64,000 nucleotides of DNA from a virus, in IMG/VR virus record IMGVR_UViG_3300029268_000006, positions 32,001 to 96,000 of that record; one strand, written 5' to 3'. The notes below the pieces were generated by a model. It was given only the letters and a program-made list of their open reading frames with translations. It had not been told where the DNA came from and ran no database searches. Each line of letters opens with the position of its first letter. Position 1 is the first letter of the stretch. Shown here one piece after another: positions 57,527-64,000 of the stretch. A program made the position numbers and the translations under genes.

Positions 57527-58546
57527 TTATTTTAAACCATCAAAAGCACCACCTTTTGTGAAAGTTGAAGTTTCGATTTTATTCATTCTGTTAGATGATT
57601 CCAGAAAATTTTCAGGTTCGGGTTCCATCAAAGATTTGAAATCTGTAATTTTACTGAATGTTTCTTCATTGTACATTGACAAATATTGTTGTCCGGATTC
57701 ACTTTGAATCGAATCCTGAATATCCTTATTCAAAACCCAATCCCTACTTTGTTCAGTGAATCTTTTGATGTTAGCCACATGTTCGGAAATTATTTGTGCG
57801 TAAGCTTCATTAGCTTCATCGAATAAAATTCTGGCGTTAGAATTACCGTTGATGTAAGATTGTGCCATTTTGAAAACACCGTTTGTTTTCGAAAGAATAG
57901 AAAGGTTACGTTTCTTTTCCCTGATGTCGTCCTTCAATAACATAAGATCATCTTCCCAAGCGGTAAACACCCTTTTACAATAGTTAAGTGATGTCTGAAT
58001 GGCCTGAAGTTTAGGAATAAACATTGTATTCGAATCAACCCTGCGTTTGGCCATGATAGCGTTTACGTTTGCTTTCTTCTTATAATCTGGGTTGTTTCTT
58101 TCTACAGCCAATCCTTCAGCCGCCTTGGCTTCACTCATCTTTTGATTGGCATCATCCTGATTTTCTTTCATAACCCTCAATAAATCTTCTTCAGCTGCCT
58201 GTAAAGTCTTAATATCATCATTAAGTTTTTCCTTTTCCCTTAACCAATTTGAATATTGAATTTCCATAATAGTTATTGGATTACTGTTAATCATCGCTGA
58301 CCAAATTTTCTTAATTATAATTTGATAAGCCAATGAAATCATTTTTCGATTACTTACAATAAGACCAATAAAGATTACTGTTCCCGCAACCATACTAACA
58401 AATATTAGTATATTGGTAACTAAACCAATTAAAAATGGAAGTATGATATAAAGACCGTATCCACCTCCAATTAAAAGTGCAAGAGCGAAAATATAACCAA
58501 TCACTCGTTCTGAACCTGTCCAGACTTTTCTTTCTGTGTTTTCCAT
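57527..58546 (-). CDS. Two-TM plus long coiled-coil protein, possibly PspA/IM30-like
   Basis: N-terminal hydrophobic hairpin; NPITIMEIQ followed by a helical coiled coil; same operon. Confidence 0.45.
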   Translation of the reverse strand: MENTERKVWTGSERVIGYIFALALLIGGGYGLYIILPFLIGLVTNILIFVSMVAGTVIFIGLIVSNRKMISLAYQIIIKKIWSAMINSNPITIMEIQYSNWLREKEKLNDDIKTLQAAEEDLLRVMKENQDDANQKMSEAKAAEGLAVERNNPDYKKKANVNAIMAKRRVDSNTMFIPKLQAIQTSLNYCKRVFTAWEDDLMLLKDDIREKKRNLSILSKTNGVFKMAQSYINGNSNARILFDEANEAYAQIISEHVANIKRFTEQSRDWVLNKDIQDSIQSESGQQYLSMYNEETFSKITDFKSLMEPEPENFLESSNRMNKIETSTFTKGGAFDGLK

Positions 58547-58572
58547 AATTGTTTTTTAATTTGTTTTTAAAT

Positions 58573-59307
58573 TTAATTATTTAGGTATTGTTTGATTTTA
58601 GAAATATCATCATTAATTTTAGTAATAATGATGTTGAAAGCTTTTTCGAATTTACTCTTCTTTAAATTGAGTTTTTCAGTTTCTACTTCGATAATAGAAT
58701 TATTTTCTTCAATTTTTGAATTGTTTGTATCAATTTGTGATTCCATTAAAGTAATTTGTTTTTTCAATTCTCCAATTTTTGTAATGGAATCATTATTTAT
58801 TTTTTCCAATTTGATGATTTCATCTGTTTTTGAACCAATTGTTTTTTGGGATTCAGAAACCAGATAAACATCAAATTCTTTTTTGTGTTGTTCAAATAAT
58901 TGAATATATTTTTGAGCGGTTTCAAGAAGAGTGGGTACTGGGAGATTTTGTTTATACGCCACTTTATATGTCATTTGGAAGATTTTTTCTTCCGATGCCC
59001 CCTCCAATTCGGTAGTCATTTCATCAAGCGAATTGGCAAATTCAAAATAATCGGGTCCGGGGAAATTATTTTTTGTCATAAAATCATACAAATGATTAAT
59101 ATAACTTTCATCAATTTCACCATTATCCATAACTGGTTGTGGTTGTACCGTTATGGGTGTGAATGATGTTTTCCTCATGGATTGACTAACCCTTTGTGTG
59201 GTCTGTCGTGCTTGTGAAACTGTTTGTGTTGAAGTTGTTTCGATTTTTCCAGCTTCTGAATCAAACAACGCTTTTTGCCACCATGATTTTTTTACTTCTG
59301 TTGCCAT
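58573..59307 (-). CDS. Coiled-coil hypothetical protein, first gene of the ABC operon
   Basis: FPGPDYFEF; C-terminal heptad repeats. Confidence 0.65.
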   Translation of the reverse strand: MATEVKKSWWQKALFDSEAGKIETTSTQTVSQARQTTQRVSQSMRKTSFTPITVQPQPVMDNGEIDESYINHLYDFMTKNNFPGPDYFEFANSLDEMTTELEGASEEKIFQMTYKVAYKQNLPVPTLLETAQKYIQLFEQHKKEFDVYLVSESQKTIGSKTDEIIKLEKINNDSITKIGELKKQITLMESQIDTNNSKIEENNSIIEVETEKLNLKKSKFEKAFNIIITKINDDISKIKQYLNN

Positions 59308-59375
59308 TTTTTTATTTTTTGATGATTACAATGTTAATGAATTAATTTGAATAAAAAAAATTATTTTTAAAAATT

Positions 59376-60062
59376 TTATTTTTTTGTCAATCCCCACATA
59401 CATTTTCCCAACCCCTCAATATCACCCTTTTCTTTATATAGGTGTAAAAGGTTATTTATTTTTGTAATTTTTTGTTTTTCGGGGGTGTCCTTTGGTAATG
59501 AATTAATTAAAATTGATACAAGTTCCCTTTTTGTTTTTGGACCATTTGATAATGTATCCTTAACAATAGTAAATAATTTCTCGAATTTAACTTTTTCGAA
59601 TTTGACTTTCTTTTTTTCCAGAATTTTAACTGGTTCTTCTGCACTTGTAAATGGGTCTTGAACTATTTTAGGTTGATTCAAAAAAACTTTTGATATTTTT
59701 CTCTTACCATAAGCATTATCATCGTGGATAAAATACTTAGGTGTTGGGAGATTATGTGATTTACAGAAATTTGAAACCCATAATGCACATTCATATCCGG
59801 TTTCCTGATAACATTCTTCATTGAAGAAAATTGTTTTATCTTCTGTTATTGATAACGTTACATTTGATAAAAGAAAATCAAAACTGATAAATCCGGGATA
59901 TGACCCATCTTTTTGAAATTGTGTTTCAATATATTCAACGAAATCCTTGTAATTTTTAATTGTTATACAATTTTTGTAAATCGGATTGTTGAATTTATAA
60001 AACATTTCAGTTGATGTTCTGGAATTATCTAAAAAAATATTATATTCCATATTTTTTCTCAT
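59376..60062 (-). CDS. Divergent cyclic-phosphate-processing receiver-like domain fused to a probable winged helix
   Basis: IFLDNSR, IKNYKDFVEYI, ISFD, TGYECALW, FIH..N..G match the pattern FLDD.R..ISFDHDL..TGYD..VHS.N..G; C-terminal basic helical domain. Confidence 0.6.
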   Translation of the reverse strand: MRKNMEYNIFLDNSRTSTEMFYKFNNPIYKNCITIKNYKDFVEYIETQFQKDGSYPGFISFDFLLSNVTLSITEDKTIFFNEECYQETGYECALWVSNFCKSHNLPTPKYFIHDDNAYGKRKISKVFLNQPKIVQDPFTSAEEPVKILEKKKVKFEKVKFEKLFTIVKDTLSNGPKTKRELVSILINSLPKDTPEKQKITKINNLLHLYKEKGDIEGLGKCMWGLTKK

Positions 60063-60136
60063 ATATTATTGTTTTTAATTTATTTACACATTTCTTTATT
60101 TACACATTTTTTTCAACTCTTTCCAAGTAACACCAA

Positions 60137-60562
60137 TTACTGCCATATTCCTTTTTTTAATTTATTTACATACATCTTTAAACGATACCAAATACTATAT
60201 TTGTATATTTCTTTAACAAAAATATCCATATATGGATGTGTGTGAAATGAAAATGGAATTGTATAGGTATCATCACCAAAATTTTCAATTGTTGGTTGAT
60301 CTGATAATGTTTGATGAATAAATTGATGGATATCAATAATTTTAAATGATGTTAATCTCATATTATCTTTTTTAAATTTTTCTGGAACCTGTGGATAACA
60401 AGTGAATTCCAAAAATAATTTTTGACCCTTTACATAATTTGGATTTGTTGTCGTAGTAAATGAAAAGATTTCTTTTGAATCTGTTTTATTTTCTTTTTTC
60501 CAAAATGTAATATGAATATCGTATGTCATGTTATTTGGTTTTGTCGATTGTTTATTTTTCAA
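60137..60562 (-). CDS. Hypothetical protein
   Basis: 141-aa ORF; start uncertain. Confidence 0.55.
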   Translation of the reverse strand: MKNKQSTKPNNMTYDIHITFWKKENKTDSKEIFSFTTTTNPNYVKGQKLFLEFTCYPQVPEKFKKDNMRLTSFKIIDIHQFIHQTLSDQPTIENFGDDTYTIPFSFHTHPYMDIFVKEIYKYSIWYRLKMYVNKLKKGIWQ

Positions 60563-60731
60563 TTATTTTTTTATCTTTGGTTGTCATTGAAAACATCATT
60601 ATGATACTTATTATGACATATAGTTTTGAGTTTAAGATTACAAAATTAATCAATTTATTATTAATAAAAAAATTAATCGGATAACATTTTTTTTACTGGT
60701 TGATTTTCAATAAGATAATTATGTAGTGAAA

Positions 60732-60983
60732 CTATTCTTCCTCTCTGTATAATGGGTGGAGGCACCGGAAATATGGTGAATATACTTTCATTCTTTCTGC
60801 CAATGTTTCACAAAGTTTTATACCCAATGACATAATTTGAATAAGATTATCACTACCGAAAATATCCTTCGAACATTTTCTTAATTTCGAATCTTCTGAA
60901 ATGGTTGACTGTTGTAATTCCATCGATAATTCATACAGTTCAACATCACTGAATTGGTCAAAATAATTTTCTGTTGTTTTCAT
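60732..60983 (-). CDS. Hypothetical protein
   Basis: 83-aa ORF with TATCTTTG upstream. Confidence 0.6.
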   Translation of the reverse strand: MKTTENYFDQFSDVELYELSMELQQSTISEDSKLRKCSKDIFGSDNLIQIMSLGIKLCETLAERMKVYSPYFRCLHPLYREEE

Positions 60984-61033
60984 GTTTATAAATTAGATTA
61001 CAAAGATACAACAGTTTGATGAAATAAAAAAAT

Positions 61034-62641
61034 TTAGATGTCTATTTCGTTATCTTTTTTGTCTTTTATTTCATATACCACACATTCTGTAGTCAAAAAT
61101 AAACCAGCAACTGATGATGCGTTTTCAAGTGCGACCCTTGTAACTTTCTTTGGATCAATAATTCCCATTTCAAACATATTTCCGTATTTTTCATTTCTTG
61201 CATCATACCCATAATCACCCACTCCATTCTTAATGTTGTTAACAACAACCGATGGTTCGCCTCCACCATTTTTAACTATCATCCTTAAAGGTTCTTCTAA
61301 TACTTTACGAATAATATCAATACCTGTTTTTTCATCTTCGTTTTCATATTTTACTTCGGATAACGATGGAATACACCTTATATATGCAATACCACCACCG
61401 GGAACAATACCTTCTTCGATTGCTGCTCTAGTTGCATGTAAAGCATCATCGTAACGGTCTTTCTTTTCCTTTAGTTCGATTTCACTTGCAGCACCAACAT
61501 TTATGATACCAATACCACCCGTTAAATTCGCTAACCTAGCTTCATTCTTTTGAAGATCATATTCGTTTTTATTATTTTCAATTTGATTTTTAATTTGTTT
61601 GATTCTATTTTGAATCATATCTTTATCACCTTTACCACCGACAATAATAGTGGAATCTTTGTTTATTATAATTTTTTCAGCCAAACCCAAATCTTCAATT
61701 TTTATATTTTCAAGTTTACTTCCCATTGTTTCTGAAAGGAGATTACCACCAGTTATAATAGCAATATCATCTAACAAATCTTTTCTCCTATCACCAAACC
61801 CCGGACATTTAATTGAAGCTACCCTTAAAATATTTTTTATTTTATTGAAAACTAAAAGACTTAATACTTCTGTTTCCAAAGTATCTGCAATAATTAACAT
61901 TGGTTTTCCAAGTTTTTTTGTTTCTTCCAAGATTGGTATTAGATTATTTATTGATGATATTTTATCTTCGTGTATCAAAATATAACAATCATCTAAAACA
62001 ACTTCCATTTTTTCTGGATCAGTTATGAAATAAGGTGAAATATAACCTCTATCTAGTTTCATACCATTAACAGTTTTTAATTCAGTTTCCATCCCACCGG
62101 AATCATCAATTGTAATAACACCAGTGAAACCTACACTTTTCATTGCTTCGGTTATCTTATCACCAATTTCTTTATCATTATTTGCACTTATGATTGCAAC
62201 TTGGTTTATTTTTTCATAATCAGTTCCCACCGTAATAGTTTGTTCATCCAGTGTTTTTATAACCATTTCTACCGCCTTATCAATTCCTTTCTTTAAATCC
62301 ATTGGATTTGCACCAGCTGTTACATTCTTCATCCCCTTTTCGACAATAGCACGGGCTAATACAGTAGCGGTTGTTGTTCCATCACCGGCATTATCAGATG
62401 TTTTTGTTGCTGCTTCTTTAATAATTTGACAACCAATATTTTCTAATGTATCTTCTAATTCAATTTCTCTTGCAACTGTAACACCATCTTTGGTTATAAG
62501 TATTTTTAGTCCATCATTTTTTTCAATAATAACATTTCTACCTTTTGGTCCAAGTGTAATTGCAACAGAATCAGTTATTTTATTCATCCCACTAAGTAAT
62601 TTAACTCTTGCTTCGTGACCGAATTCTATATTTTTTTTCAT
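61034..62641 (-). CDS. groEL: Group I chaperonin GroEL (phage-encoded), no GGM tail
   Basis: TLGPKGRNV, TKDGVTVA, GDGTTTAT, DRGYISPYF, PGFGDRR, GIVPGGG, GIIDP.KV. Confidence 0.97.
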   Translation of the reverse strand: MKKNIEFGHEARVKLLSGMNKITDSVAITLGPKGRNVIIEKNDGLKILITKDGVTVAREIELEDTLENIGCQIIKEAATKTSDNAGDGTTTATVLARAIVEKGMKNVTAGANPMDLKKGIDKAVEMVIKTLDEQTITVGTDYEKINQVAIISANNDKEIGDKITEAMKSVGFTGVITIDDSGGMETELKTVNGMKLDRGYISPYFITDPEKMEVVLDDCYILIHEDKISSINNLIPILEETKKLGKPMLIIADTLETEVLSLLVFNKIKNILRVASIKCPGFGDRRKDLLDDIAIITGGNLLSETMGSKLENIKIEDLGLAEKIIINKDSTIIVGGKGDKDMIQNRIKQIKNQIENNKNEYDLQKNEARLANLTGGIGIINVGAASEIELKEKKDRYDDALHATRAAIEEGIVPGGGIAYIRCIPSLSEVKYENEDEKTGIDIIRKVLEEPLRMIVKNGGGEPSVVVNNIKNGVGDYGYDARNEKYGNMFEMGIIDPKKVTRVALENASSVAGLFLTTECVVYEIKDKKDNEIDI

Positions 62642-62706
62642 ATTTTAATTTTATTTTTAATTTTATAAATTTATCAATAAACTACCAATTTTAATTTTAT
62701 AAATTA

Positions 62707-62766
62707 TATCATCAATAACTACTTTATAACTAATATCATCAATAACTACTTTATAACTAATATCAT
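62707..62766. repeat. 27-bp tandem repeat upstream of groEL
   Basis: TATCATCAATAACTACTTTATAACTAA twice, plus a partial copy. Confidence 0.9.
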
Positions 62767-62830
62767 TTGAATTGTGTCTATTAAAGTATCTAATAATTTT
62801 TCATTTTCTAATATTTGTACATTTAAAAAT

Positions 62831-63067
62831 TTAATTTGTTTTTGTTTCAATATCATAATTTGAAATTTTTATAACAAATTCTTCTTTTTTTAATGGACAC
62901 CAATCTGGTTCCATATTTATAGAACTGTCCAAATTATTATAAATTGATATAATATATTCTTTTTTATTTAAATGACTAGCTAATGAACAATAATCAATTG
63001 TTGCATAATCATCATAATTTGAATCTAAAAAAGGACAATTATGACATCCGTTAACTTTAATATCCAT
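62831..63067 (-). CDS. Small Cys-rich protein
   Basis: CHNCPF..YC..PDWCPL. Confidence 0.65.
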   Translation of the reverse strand: MDIKVNGCHNCPFLDSNYDDYATIDYCSLASHLNKKEYIISIYNNLDSSINMEPDWCPLKKEEFVIKISNYDIETKTN

Positions 63068-63139
63068 TTTTATTAATATAATTTTTTTTTGGTATTGGAT
63101 CTTTTTTCATTGTATCTTACGAAATTGGAATTAACATCA

Positions 63140-64000
63140 CTATAATTGTTCTTCTTCTTTCTTTTTGTAACTATCGGTAATTATAGAGAAATAATTCTTT
63201 TCAATATGAATAATTCTATCAAACATATTTGTATCAAAATTTATCTGGTGAACAATAACAATATTTATGTTATTTGTTCTCGCGAAATCCCTTAATACTC
63301 TTAACATTATATTAATATTTGATGGACTAATTGAAGAAAAAACTTCATCCAAAAACAAAATATTTATCTTTTTATTTGATTCAATTATTGTTTTAATATA
63401 CGATAACGCAATAGCAATGTTTATTTTTCTTGCACCACCGATTGATAAAGTTTCTGAATCAATATCATCTATATACCTATCTTTAATTATAGCATCAAAT
63501 TCATCATTAAGTTTAACAAAATATTTTGATTCAATTTCTTTCAGGAAAAATTTAAGATTTTCATTGATTGGTCCTATTATAGTATTTATGATATTTTTCC
63601 TTATACCTTTTTCAGATAAATAATCAACTGTTTTGGTGTATAATTCTATTTTTTGTGAAATGATTTTTATTTTTTCATCCAATTCAATATTTTCATCTTC
63701 AAGTTTTTGAATGTTCTTTTTAATTTCATTTATGGATACATCTTCTGTTTCGTATTGTCTTTTTAAATCTTTTAATTTGATGGATATATTATTGAAATCA
63801 TAATTTTTCTTATTCAATTCAATTATAAATTTATTCTTTTCACTGGAAATATTTTTAATTTCACTGTAAATATCAATTGATTCTTTTTTTATTTTGTTTA
63901 TTTCTTCTATTTTTTCATTCTTTTCATTTTCAAGATCTTCTAATCTATGTTTTTTGTGATTTACATCCAGAACTGTTTCACAAATAGGACAAGTTCCACT
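63140..64000 (-). CDS. gp46: gp46/Rad50/SbcC recombination ATPase, C-terminal part (starts beyond the window)
   Basis: The frame is open to the window edge with the Zn-hook GTCPIC; signature LSIGGARKINIA; Walker B LFLDEVFS; IVHQ. Confidence 0.9.
   Translation of the reverse strand, partial: SGTCPICETVLDVNHKKHRLEDLENEKNEKIEEINKIKKESIDIYSEIKNISSEKNKFIIELNKKNYDFNNISIKLKDLKRQYETEDVSINEIKKNIQKLEDENIELDEKIKIISQKIELYTKTVDYLSEKGIRKNIINTIIGPINENLKFFLKEIESKYFVKLNDEFDAIIKDRYIDDIDSETLSIGGARKINIAIALSYIKTIIESNKKINILFLDEVFSSISPSNINIMLRVLRDFARTNNINIVIVHQINFDTNMFDRIIHIEKNYFSIITDSYKKKEEEQL

Noticed and set aside
1-64000. Stop-codon reassignment (TAG=Gln, as in Lak/crAss-like phages)
   Set aside because: Core genes are intact in code 11, and some genes end in TAG (for example 60732, 63140); the breaks at split genes are TAA.

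Overview
AT-rich (roughly 25% GC by eye), densely coding 64-kb segment of a large T4-like/jumbo myophage genome read in standard code 11. The host is most likely Bacteroidota (TAnnTTTG promoters, Bacteroidota-type class II RNR, A-rich leaders without obvious Shine-Dalgarno sites). It carries replication/recombination genes (gp32 SSB, gp41 helicase, gp44 clamp loader, UvsX, gp46, a degenerate gp47), class II RNR, TerL, a baseplate module, GroEL, two DNA methyltransferases, an IMPDH/GMP-reductase-family enzyme and at least nine free-standing endonuclease genes. Three features stand out. (1) Four genes are fractured by naturally split inteins: terL, nrdJ, the gp41 helicase and, unexpectedly, the ATPase of a phage-encoded NitT/TauT-type ABC transporter. 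Three use the atypical short-IntN/long-IntC split at the Walker A GK|S/T site, and the helicase and ABC inteins are close enough that cross-splicing is plausible. (2) A Ro60/TROVE gene is preceded by three Y-RNA-like ncRNAs sharing a stem+UACUUCG signature but carrying different loop cargo: a tRNA mimic, a minimal loop and a seven-hairpin domain. (3) An orphan IS200/IS605 omegaRNA remnant has a guide junction with a 17-nt match inside nrdJ. All calls are by-eye motif recognition; no database searches were run.
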